DNA from: Candidatus Saccharimonadota bacterium
GTDB lineage: Bacteria > Patescibacteriota > Saccharimonadia > Saccharimonadales > UBA4665
Assembly: GCA_014378615.1 (NCBI GenBank)
Contig: JACMNI010000047.1
Location: forward strand, 9,420 to 73,419
Length of the DNA stretch: 64,000 bases
Reading direction: 5' to 3'
Part shown: in pieces, positions 39,800 through 47,719 of the stretch
Position numbering within the stretch: position 1 is the stretch's first letter
Layout: the number at the start of each line of letters is the position of its first letter
Notes under the pieces: generated by a model
What the model saw: only the letters and a program-made list of their open reading frames with translations
Databases searched by the model: none
What the model was told of the DNA's origin: nothing
Translations under genes and position numbers: made by a program

Positions 39800-39805
39800 A
39801 GTATA
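39800..39805 (-). promoter_or_regulatory. -10-like hexamer TATACT 7 nt upstream of the ATG of the 198-aa gene (leaderless candidate)
   Basis: Reverse strand reads GGTATACT-TAAAGCT-ATG. There is no SD. Confidence 0.4.
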
Positions 39806-39826
39806 CCTTTACCGTTGCCGATTAGG

Positions 39827-39832
39827 TATAAT
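39827..39832 (+). promoter_or_regulatory. -10 hexamer TATAAT for the 733-aa secreted protein gene
   Basis: TAGGTATAAT at 39823-39832. The ATG at 39837 is only 4 nt downstream, so the ATG at 39849 is the likelier start. Confidence 0.4.
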
Positions 39833-39848
39833 TATTATGGTTATATAT

Positions 39849-42050
39849 ATGAAATTCAAACGCTCTAAAGAAAAACGGTCAGGATTACGCAAACGGCTGC
39901 TCGCTGGACTGTTTGCAGTGGGATTGATAGTCGGCATTCTGGCGACTCAACTCTATAATCCCGCGAAGGCTTCGGCCGGTATAAGTTATCTGGGGCAAAG
40001 CACCGCTACTGTTCCTACGGCTGCGGCTACTATAGCCATAACTACGCCCGCCGGCATCGCGGCCGGCAATACTCTCATTGCCCAAATCATGGCGTTACCG
40101 GGGCAGGCAAACTCGGTGGCGATTACGGCGCCAAGCGGCTGGACGCTTATCGGCACTTCACCTTCGGCCAACAAGTACACGATGAGCCTGTATTACCATG
40201 TCGTCGCATCGGGTGATCCAACCAGCTACAGCTGGTCATTTTCACCGAACTCGACGGCTACCGGCGGCATCACGGCTTTTTCCGGTGTCGCCACGGCTAG
40301 CCCGATCGACGTAACCACCTCACAAGCCAACGGCACCTCAACTTCGCATAGCGCTCCATCGGTAACGGCATCATATAGTAACGGTGTAGTCGTGCCGTTT
40401 TGGGGGTTTCAGGCGGGCATACCAGCTACCTCAATCGACGCTAGCTTAACCAGTATTTGGAATACCGATAACACCGTTAACAGTGGTATAGCCAGTGGCT
40501 ACGTCCAGTTGACCAATGCTGGTGCGACCGGCACCTATACTGCTACCACTGCGACTTCGACGCCATCGTTGGCGCAAACCATCGCCCTGCAGCCCGCCGC
40601 CGCGGCCGCCGGTGTGCAGTATGTGGCGGTCACGGCGCCCGCGCTCTGCGTCTCGTGTACCAGTATTAGCGCCGTCATGCCGACAGGCTGGAAGAGCGGT
40701 GATCTGTTTATCACAAGTGTAGCTTGGAACACCAACACGGCAACAATAACGACTCCAAGTGGTTGGGCTCAAATAGATTCTAATATTACTACCGGTAGTT
40801 TTGCCCAAGCCGATTACTACCGGTATGCCAGTACTGGTGACCCAAACAGCTATAACTTCGCCTTTAGTGGTACCGTAAACAACGCCATGATATCAACTGT
40901 CGAGTTTCAGGGTGTGGATCAAACGAACCCAATTGACGTATCTGGAACCGCGCTCAGTGCCAGTGGTTCAACCCACGCTGCACCGAGCGTAACGACCACG
41001 GTCGCCCAAGATATGCTGTTCGACATTTGGTCGTGGAACACCGGTACCAATGCCACCGCCATTACAAACACTATGACAAAGATTTGGGACGCCCAGAGCG
41101 GTAACGCCAGCACTAACGTATCGAGTGCGGCCGGTTACGAACTGGTGGGTCTGGCCGGAGCAACGGGCACCCGTACCGTGACAAGTGGTCGTACCGCCAT
41201 TGCCATGATGCACAGTATCGCTATTAAGCCGGCCCTACCAGCGCCACAATTACTGGCTCCGGCTAACGCATCGCACCCCAGTTTGACGCCCACCTTTCAA
41301 ATGGTAAGTGCAACCTTGGTAGGGAATCTGCAGTATATTATTCAGCTTTGTTCCACCAATAACTGCGCTCCCGGTACAATTTTAACCACCTACGATCAAA
41401 CGCTGAGTCAAGCCGGCTGGACAGGTCAAAACGCCAATGCAGGCACAGCTTATATAGCTGCCTCAGATATTAGCAGTTCTACTACAGCGACTTACACGGC
41501 GCAGACGCCGCTTACGGAATGCACCACTTATTATTGGCGGGCTAGAGGCTATGACCCCTCGATTACCCAGGGTTATAACTATTCTCAGACCCGTTCCTTT
41601 AGCACTAGCTGTCGTCCGTCTGCCCCCACACTATATACGCCAACGGCGGGGCAGACGGGCGTCCGCTTGCTGCCAGAATTCAAGCTTGCCAGCACCGACT
41701 TAGACAACGATTATGTTAAATACAAAATAGAGTTTTGTAGCAATAGTAGCTGCAGTGCTATCATCAACATCTGGGATCAGACGCTAAGTCAAACCAACTG
41801 GACCGGGCAGACGGCCAATAGTTTTACGGCTTATAATACCGATGCAACTACGGTCAGCCTTTCAAATCCAGCGGTATATACTGTCAGCTCTAACTTAACG
41901 GGCAATACCCAGTACTGGTGGCGCGCCTACGCCATCGACCCATTAGGAACTAACACTTGGAGCTCAGCTTCGGCTATTCAATCATTCACGACTAACCTGT
42001 CAGAAACCCGTATTTTAGAGGGCCGTTTACTCCAGACCACTATTCTCTAG
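39849..42050 (+). CDS. Secreted or anchored 733-aa protein with 2+2 internally duplicated beta-sandwich domains (hypothetical)
   Basis: N-terminus MKFKRSKEKRSGLRKRLLAGLFAVGLIVGILATQLYNPAKASA. Two domains of about 200 aa share the PSGW..I, GDP-SY-F-FS, F-GV...PID and H-APSVT motifs. Two FN3-like domains of about 115 aa share C-x4-C, DQTLSQ--WTGQ-AN and YWWRA motifs. The ORF-track start at 39837 is an alternative. Confidence 0.8.
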   Translation: MKFKRSKEKRSGLRKRLLAGLFAVGLIVGILATQLYNPAKASAGISYLGQSTATVPTAAATIAITTPAGIAAGNTLIAQIMALPGQANSVAITAPSGWTLIGTSPSANKYTMSLYYHVVASGDPTSYSWSFSPNSTATGGITAFSGVATASPIDVTTSQANGTSTSHSAPSVTASYSNGVVVPFWGFQAGIPATSIDASLTSIWNTDNTVNSGIASGYVQLTNAGATGTYTATTATSTPSLAQTIALQPAAAAAGVQYVAVTAPALCVSCTSISAVMPTGWKSGDLFITSVAWNTNTATITTPSGWAQIDSNITTGSFAQADYYRYASTGDPNSYNFAFSGTVNNAMISTVEFQGVDQTNPIDVSGTALSASGSTHAAPSVTTTVAQDMLFDIWSWNTGTNATAITNTMTKIWDAQSGNASTNVSSAAGYELVGLAGATGTRTVTSGRTAIAMMHSIAIKPALPAPQLLAPANASHPSLTPTFQMVSATLVGNLQYIIQLCSTNNCAPGTILTTYDQTLSQAGWTGQNANAGTAYIAASDISSSTTATYTAQTPLTECTTYYWRARGYDPSITQGYNYSQTRSFSTSCRPSAPTLYTPTAGQTGVRLLPEFKLASTDLDNDYVKYKIEFCSNSSCSAIINIWDQTLSQTNWTGQTANSFTAYNTDATTVSLSNPAVYTVSSNLTGNTQYWWRAYAIDPLGTNTWSSASAIQSFTTNLSETRILEGRLLQTTIL

Positions 42051-42143
42051 CCGCACTAAGCATGCAAGCTGGCAGCAGGCCCTACTATGTGCCTGGACAC
42101 AGACTTTCTGTATCTGAACGAATGACCAAGCGTACCACAAAAT

Positions 42144-42152
42144 TTATCCACA
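42144..42152 (+). promoter_or_regulatory. Perfect DnaA-box 9-mer TTATCCACA
   Basis: Exact consensus in the 612-bp non-coding region upstream of parA. Confidence 0.35.
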
Positions 42153-42383
42153 GTTATCTTCTTAAAAGTCCTTTACAATATGTGTTTGCGCGCTCTATAA
42201 TAAGCATTAGATCTTAAAGAAAACCAAAAACCAGATCAAACAAAAAATGAACACAATTAGAACTCACCCAACAACAACACCGTGCGGAGCTTTCCCGTAA
42301 GGCACGCTTGTAATTATGCCGGTGGGCAACGAAACAAAAAACCAACAGTAGTTAGAACAAAATAAACAAAAAGGGCAGAACAC

Positions 42384-42506
42384 ATGAAGCGCGACAAAAA
42401 GAAGCAAGACGACCGATTATTAAAGCAATTGTCCCGTCACGAAAGAAAACAACAGGAAGAGCTGAGAAAACTTATTCTGAGCGACAAATTGTTCCAATTC
42501 GTGTGA
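42384..42506 (+). CDS. Candidate 40-aa Lys/Arg/Glu-rich small protein (below the ORF-track cutoff)
   Basis: Own translation: MKRDKKKQDDRLLKQLSRHERKQQEELRKLILSDKLFQFV, then TGA. There is a weak AAGGG stretch 8-10 nt upstream and a strong terminator about 30 nt downstream. Confidence 0.3.
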   Translation: MKRDKKKQDDRLLKQLSRHERKQQEELRKLILSDKLFQFV

Positions 42507-42533
42507 GCCCACAACAAAAAAACAAACATACCA

Positions 42534-42560
42534 AGCGCCAGGTCCAAACTGGCGTTTTTT
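42534..42560 (+). terminator. Rho-independent terminator
   Basis: GCGCCAG (42535-42541), loop GTCCAAA, CTGGCG (42549-42554), then T6 (42555-42560). Confidence 0.75.
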
Positions 42561-42651
42561 AATGGTCAAGCATAAGCAGAATAATACTAGTACTAAACGG
42601 CTACCTAACAGATGAGCTCAATAACGTACTTGCAAGTTTTGACTATGAAAA

Positions 42652-42660
42652 TGCTATACT
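42652..42660 (+). promoter_or_regulatory. Extended -10 element TGCTATACT before parA
   Basis: 12 nt separate the hexamer from the parA ATG, which implies a very short leader. Confidence 0.4.
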
Positions 42661-42672
42661 ACTGGTAAGCAT

Positions 42673-43434
42673 ATGACACAAAAAATAATTGCGGTCGTGA
42701 ATCAAAAGGGGGGCGTTGGTAAGACAACGACAACTATTAACGTGGCGGCCCAGCTAGCGGCCGCTGGTAACAGTGTGTTACTGGTAGATCTCGACCCTCA
42801 AGGGAACGCAACCAGCGGACTCGGGATTGCCAAAGACCAAGCAGTTACCATGTATGAATTACTCTGCCATGGTCAACAGTTGGCCGTCGCCGTCCTAGAA
42901 ACCAATGTCGCACAATTATACCTCGTACCTAGTAACACCAATTTAGCTGGGGCAGAAATAGAATTGGTCGACCGTGACCGTCGTGAGTACGCGTTACAAG
43001 AAGTTTTAGCCGTAGCCGATTACGATTATATTATTATTGATTGTCCGCCATCGCTCGGATTGCTCACTATCAATGCACTAACGGCCGCATCCTTGGTGCT
43101 CATGCCGGTTCAGGCCGAATATTACGCGCTCGAAGGATTGAGTCAATTATTAAATACCGTCCAAGCCGTCAAGCATAGTACCAATCCGCAACTTGAACTA
43201 CTTGGTGTGGTCCTAACTATGTACGATAAACGCACCAGCCTAAGTGAACAAGTTCGTGAGGAAGTCAAAAAGTTCTTTGGCGACAATTTGTTCAAAACTG
43301 TCATTCCACGCAATATTCGTTTAGCCGAGGCACCAAGTTACGGTAAAACAATTTTTGAACACGATAAGTGGAGCAAGGGCGCGCGCGCCTACAAAGCGCT
43401 CGCTAAAGAAATTTTAGCCCGAACAAATTATTAA
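42673..43434 (+). CDS. parA: Chromosome partitioning ATPase ParA/Soj
   Basis: 253 aa. Deviant Walker A NQKGGVGKTTT, and DLDPQGNAT. Confidence 0.95.
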   Translation: MTQKIIAVVNQKGGVGKTTTTINVAAQLAAAGNSVLLVDLDPQGNATSGLGIAKDQAVTMYELLCHGQQLAVAVLETNVAQLYLVPSNTNLAGAEIELVDRDRREYALQEVLAVADYDYIIIDCPPSLGLLTINALTAASLVLMPVQAEYYALEGLSQLLNTVQAVKHSTNPQLELLGVVLTMYDKRTSLSEQVREEVKKFFGDNLFKTVIPRNIRLAEAPSYGKTIFEHDKWSKGARAYKALAKEILARTNY

Positions 43435-43439
43435 ACTAG

Positions 43440-44309
43440 TTACGACAGCTGCGTTAAAATCTTGGCTAGCTCGTCGTCGGAAGTGAATGTGATCTCCAAA
43501 CGACCGCCTTTAGCGGTGCGCTTAACATGAACTGGTGCGCCAAGGTGTTTTGATAACGCTTTTGTAGCTGGTGTTTCGGTTTGCACGCGTTCGCGAACCG
43601 CAGTGGGTTCTTTGACGCCAGCTTTCAAGCTGTTTACGTAGCGTTCGGCTTGGCGAACGCTCCACCCATGCGTTACGATGGCGGCTAACAAATTGGCTTG
43701 TTCTTTAGCCTGTCCCTTAAGTGCCAAGATGGCCCGAGCGTGACCTTCGCTAATCTCGCGTGCGGCCAGGGCAGCTTGGGCCGGTTCTGGTAATTGCAGC
43801 AAACGTACTAAGTTGTTTACCGTAGATGGTGCTTTTCCAAGGCGTTTGGCGATGGCCTCGTAGGCAATCGAAAATTGATCATGCAAGCGGTGCAGACTAA
43901 CGGCTTGTTCGAGCGGGCTGAGGTCAACGCGCTGGACATTCTCTACTAAAGCTATTTCTAGTTGCTGTAATTCTTTAAGGCTGCGTACAATTGCCGGCAC
44001 GGTTTTGAGCCCGGCCAGTTTAGCGGCGCGCCAACGGCGTTCGCCGGCAACAATCTGATACTTCTTATTTCCAAGGGTACGGACTACTAATGGCAACAAA
44101 ATGCCGTGTTCGCGAATCGATTCGCCAAGTTCAGTTAAGGCTTTTTCGTCAAAGTGACGGCGCGGTTGCTGGGCGTCGGCCACCACGTCATCGACGCTGA
44201 GCTTTTGGATACGCTCGTCGTCGTTTGGCAGTAATAAGGTTTTGTCGAACGTTTGGGGTAACAGGGTATCAAAGCCCCGACCGAGTCCCCGTTTTGGTGT
44301 TTGGCTCAT
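43440..44309 (-). CDS. parB: Chromosome partitioning protein ParB/Spo0J
   Basis: 289 aa. [10 protein letters not shown] start region, ParB box [18 protein letters not shown], and an HTH region. Confidence 0.95.
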   Translation of the reverse strand: MSQTPKRGLGRGFDTLLPQTFDKTLLLPNDDERIQKLSVDDVVADAQQPRRHFDEKALTELGESIREHGILLPLVVRTLGNKKYQIVAGERRWRAAKLAGLKTVPAIVRSLKELQQLEIALVENVQRVDLSPLEQAVSLHRLHDQFSIAYEAIAKRLGKAPSTVNNLVRLLQLPEPAQAALAAREISEGHARAILALKGQAKEQANLLAAIVTHGWSVRQAERYVNSLKAGVKEPTAVRERVQTETPATKALSKHLGAPVHVKRTAKGGRLEITFTSDDELAKILTQLS

Positions 44310-44345
44310 TATGCTTATAGCGTAGCATATGCCACCCCGGTTACA

Positions 44346-45095
44346 CTAGAAAGTCTTAATTTGATTAGTGGGGAAAACCCGAACCACTAATTTACCAATG
44401 ACCTGGTTGGCGCTAATTGGGCCAAACGAACGGGAATCGAGCGAATCAGGTCTATTATCACCACAGACAAATAACTGATTCGGCTTGATAGTAACATCTA
44501 TATCACCAGAGGTAATTGGGAAATTAGGATACGCATAGCCAAGAGTTTTATCAGGCTGAAAGCCATCAGGGTTTTGCTTATTGAAGATGGTCAGCGTGCC
44601 ATTCTGGACGACAACTCTATCGCCTGGCAGCCCGACCACACGCTTAATAAGTTGCTTGCTGTCCTCTTGGCCAAATTGGCCTAAGCCACTTTCAGTGAAT
44701 ACGATAACGTCGCCGCGGTTTGGAATGTAAGCATGATGTGTCAGACGGGCCCACGTACGAGGCACTTTCCATATAATGAGTTTATCTTGGTTCTGTAGCG
44801 TCTGCTGCATGCTAGGGCCATCGACTTGATAGGAACGGAAAACAAACGCAATCATTAGTAAGGCAACTAATAACGCCGTAACTAAGATACCGACTGTAGA
44901 GAAGAAATCTTTCAAGCCGGACGGGCCGTCATCGTTGGCTGACATTGGCTCCATTGGCGGCAGCGGGGTTACTCGCGGCGGCTGTAATGGTTGCGGTGAT
45001 TGCACCCCATTGGGCACAGCCAGCGGGTTCCCGCCAGGGGCGGGAGTGAGGGTACCGTTAACGGGTTGTTGGCCCGGATTATTATTAGTGTCCAT
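44346..45095 (-). CDS. lepB: Signal peptidase I (S26)
   Basis: 249 aa. TM anchor, catalytic Ser box DGPSMQQTL, RGDVIVF, IKRVVGLPGD, and GDNRPDSLDSR. Confidence 0.93.
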   Translation of the reverse strand: MDTNNNPGQQPVNGTLTPAPGGNPLAVPNGVQSPQPLQPPRVTPLPPMEPMSANDDGPSGLKDFFSTVGILVTALLVALLMIAFVFRSYQVDGPSMQQTLQNQDKLIIWKVPRTWARLTHHAYIPNRGDVIVFTESGLGQFGQEDSKQLIKRVVGLPGDRVVVQNGTLTIFNKQNPDGFQPDKTLGYAYPNFPITSGDIDVTIKPNQLFVCGDNRPDSLDSRSFGPISANQVIGKLVVRVFPTNQIKTF

Positions 45096-45104
45096 TAATG
45101 GTCA

Positions 45105-45113
45105 ACTATACCA
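45105..45113 (-). promoter_or_regulatory. Extended -10 element TGGTATAGT before lepB
   Basis: Reverse strand reads TGGTATAGT-TGACCATTA-ATG. There is no SD, so the leader is very short. Confidence 0.4.
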
Positions 45114-45193
45114 CAGCTGGGCGCAGGCGTTGTTAAATAATCGTTAGCGGTTTACAGATTAAGCGTTAACACGTTATACTGACCTCACTAGAG

Positions 45194-46894
45194 ATGGATA
45201 GTTCGCGATATAAGCGGCGTGAAATACAAACAAGACGCCATATAACAAACGAATACCGAGGGCCAGTGGCCGCTCGGCCCGTTCGTTTAGTCGATGCCGT
45301 TATTGCTGGTCTACCACCATTACCAAAAGCTGCCGCCTCGCCGGCGCAGCCGGTGTATGCCGCGCAACCCTTAATTAACCCTATCGACCAAGCTCGTCGG
45401 CCGGAAATCTTAGCACCCCGGCCGACAGCACCTCGCGCGGCTCCAGCGGTCGCGGTCGACGGCTTACCAGGCCGCCGGCTACCAATTAGCATGGCTGTTC
45501 CTGGTGGTCCAAGCCCGGGCAAAGCCGCCGGCGTTAAAGTTTTAAAGAGTAAATGGCGCCTCGCCCGTCGCTGGGCGTTTCGCAGTACGGCTATTGTTAT
45601 GGTGCTCGTTATCGCTTCGGGTGGCCTAATAGTTTCTCAAGGCTGGCTTAAAGCCCGCAAAGTCTTCAAGGGTGGCACCACATCGGCGGCGGCATTGCAA
45701 CAAGATGTCAATCCAAGCTTATTAAAGGGCGAAGGTGACGGGCGTATAAACATACTACTGCTCGGTCGCGGCGGCGGTAATCACGACGCCCCCGATCTAA
45801 CCGACACCATCATGCTGGCCAGCATTGACCCGGTTAACCACACGGCTACCTTATTGAGCATTCCTCGCGACATGTGGGTTTCGGTCCAGGGCGCTGGCTC
45901 CATGAAAATAAATGCCGCCTGGGAAACCGGTAAGTACAAATTCCTCGGTAAAATTACCAACGATAATTCTAATCCACAAGCTACTCTGGCCGGTTTCACT
46001 ACTGTCGATCAGGCCGTCGAAAGTGTCATTGGCGTTCCAATTCACTACAACGTACTGGTCGACTTTGACGCCTTTAAGCAATCCATTGATACCGTCGGCG
46101 GTGTGACGGTTAACGTACCAGAAGATCTAGTCGACCCAACAATGGCTTGGGAAAATGGACGCAACCCCGTGTTGGCCAAGGCTGGCACCCAGACCTTCGA
46201 TGGTACCCACGCGCTTATGTACAGTCGCTCACGCGAAACCTCCAGCGACTTCGCTCGTGGTCAACGCCAACGCGCCGTGCTGTTGGCGCTCAAAGACAAG
46301 GTAGCTACGCTCGGTACGCTCTCAAGCCCGACCAAGCTCGCCAGCCTAGCCAACGCCTTCGGCAGCAACGTCCAAACCGACCTAGCCATCAATGATGCAG
46401 CCCGCCTAGCTAACATCGTCAAAGATGTCAACAATACTAACGTAAATTCAATCGGGCTGGCCGATGCGCCCAACAGTTTTGTTACGACGGCAAACGTTAA
46501 CGGCCAATCGGTGGTTCAACCAAAAGCCGGACCTACTAACTTCAGTCTTATCCAAAACTTTGTTCGGGGCCAGTTAAAAGATCCTTACTTATCTAAAGAG
46601 CAGGGTAAGATACAAGTCTACAACGGCACTACCGTACCTGGTTTAGCCGGTGCCCAGGCTGATATCCTTACGTCTTATGGTTATACGATAACCGGCACTG
46701 GTAACGCGCCGACCAAAGGCTACAGTCAAACTATTATTGTCGATCTAACCGCCGGCGCTAAGAAGTACACCAAGAACTACCTACAGCAACGCTACGGCGT
46801 CACAGCAGTAACGACATTACCTGATCCAACAATCGTACCAAATGGCGCTGACTTTGTTATCATAGTAGGTAATGATACGTCCGCTACTCGCTAA
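45194..46894 (+). CDS. LytR-CpsA-Psr (LCP) family cell-wall glycopolymer transferase with LytR_C domain
   Basis: 566 aa: Pro/Ala-rich N-terminus, TM helix, LCP core INILLLGRGGGNHDAPDLTDTIMLASIDP...LLSIPRDMWV, and a C-terminal IQVYNGTTVPGLAG domain. Confidence 0.9.
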   Translation: MDSSRYKRREIQTRRHITNEYRGPVAARPVRLVDAVIAGLPPLPKAAASPAQPVYAAQPLINPIDQARRPEILAPRPTAPRAAPAVAVDGLPGRRLPISMAVPGGPSPGKAAGVKVLKSKWRLARRWAFRSTAIVMVLVIASGGLIVSQGWLKARKVFKGGTTSAAALQQDVNPSLLKGEGDGRINILLLGRGGGNHDAPDLTDTIMLASIDPVNHTATLLSIPRDMWVSVQGAGSMKINAAWETGKYKFLGKITNDNSNPQATLAGFTTVDQAVESVIGVPIHYNVLVDFDAFKQSIDTVGGVTVNVPEDLVDPTMAWENGRNPVLAKAGTQTFDGTHALMYSRSRETSSDFARGQRQRAVLLALKDKVATLGTLSSPTKLASLANAFGSNVQTDLAINDAARLANIVKDVNNTNVNSIGLADAPNSFVTTANVNGQSVVQPKAGPTNFSLIQNFVRGQLKDPYLSKEQGKIQVYNGTTVPGLAGAQADILTSYGYTITGTGNAPTKGYSQTIIVDLTAGAKKYTKNYLQQRYGVTAVTTLPDPTIVPNGADFVIIVGNDTSATR

Positions 46895-47633
46895 GGTTAA
46901 ACCGACCACTGGTTTTGCCAACATTTTTCACTTGACGCTGCTCGTCATTCTTCCGGCCGTCGTCTTTATACTAGTGCGCCTGCAATTTGTGCAGTTAGCG
47001 CTCATTATGGTCGTGCTCAGTAAGTGGCGCATGCTCGCCGTCCGCCCTCGTTTTTGGGCCGCCAACATTCGGGCCAATGCCATCGATATTATGGTCGGTG
47101 TGGCCGTAACACTATTTATGTCCCACAGCACCTCGTCGGTCGCCATACAGCTGGTATGGGCCGTGTTGTATGGCATATGGCTGATTGCCATCAAGCCCCG
47201 TAGTAGCCTGTTATTCACTTCATTGCAAGCTGCCATCGGGCAAATCTGTGGCTTGTCGGCGCTGTACCTAACTTGGTCAGCCGGGCCTCTGGTAGGCATT
47301 GTATTTGTGACCGGCCTAATTTGTTACCTGGCTGCGCGCCACTTCTTCGACAGCTTCAACGAACCCTATGCTCGGCTTTTGGCCTACCTTTGGGGCTATT
47401 TTGGTGCCGCGCTGTCATGGCTGATGGGGCACTGGTTGTTGTTTTACGTCTACGATATCATTGCCCAGCCAACCCTGTTACTCAGCGTCCTCGGCTATGG
47501 CTTGGCGGTACTATACTATCTCGATCACCATAGCCGCCTTAATAAGGGGCTACAGCGCCAATTTGTATTCTTAATGCTAGCAGTTGTCCTCGTCGTGCTA
47601 ACCTTCTCCGACTGGGGTGATAAAGCTGTTTAA
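46872..47633 (+). CDS. Polytopic integral membrane protein (hypothetical)
   Basis: 253 aa with about 7 hydrophobic helices. Its start overlaps the LCP gene's 3' end by 23 nt. Confidence 0.7.
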   Translation: MIRPLLAKVKPTTGFANIFHLTLLVILPAVVFILVRLQFVQLALIMVVLSKWRMLAVRPRFWAANIRANAIDIMVGVAVTLFMSHSTSSVAIQLVWAVLYGIWLIAIKPRSSLLFTSLQAAIGQICGLSALYLTWSAGPLVGIVFVTGLICYLAARHFFDSFNEPYARLLAYLWGYFGAALSWLMGHWLLFYVYDIIAQPTLLLSVLGYGLAVLYYLDHHSRLNKGLQRQFVFLMLAVVLVVLTFSDWGDKAV

Positions 47634-47719
47634 CAGCGTGCTATAAGCCATTTTGATATTGGCAGGGCAGGATAAGCGTAATACACTAGTAGTATCACAC
47701 GCCAAACCGGAGGGAATTT

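Noticed and set aside
42051-44400. parS centromere site near parAB.
   Set aside because: I found no sequence resembling TGTTNCACGTGAAACA by eye in or around parA/parB. It may lie elsewhere in the genome.
45166-45522. Minus-strand ORF 45166-45522 (118 aa) overlapping the start of the LCP gene. Also other internal antisense ORFs in nrdJ, ileS, lysS, prfA and elsewhere.
   Set aside because: They sit entirely within, or overlap, well-supported genes on the other strand, and they have an Arg/Gly/Ala-rich shadow composition and no motifs.
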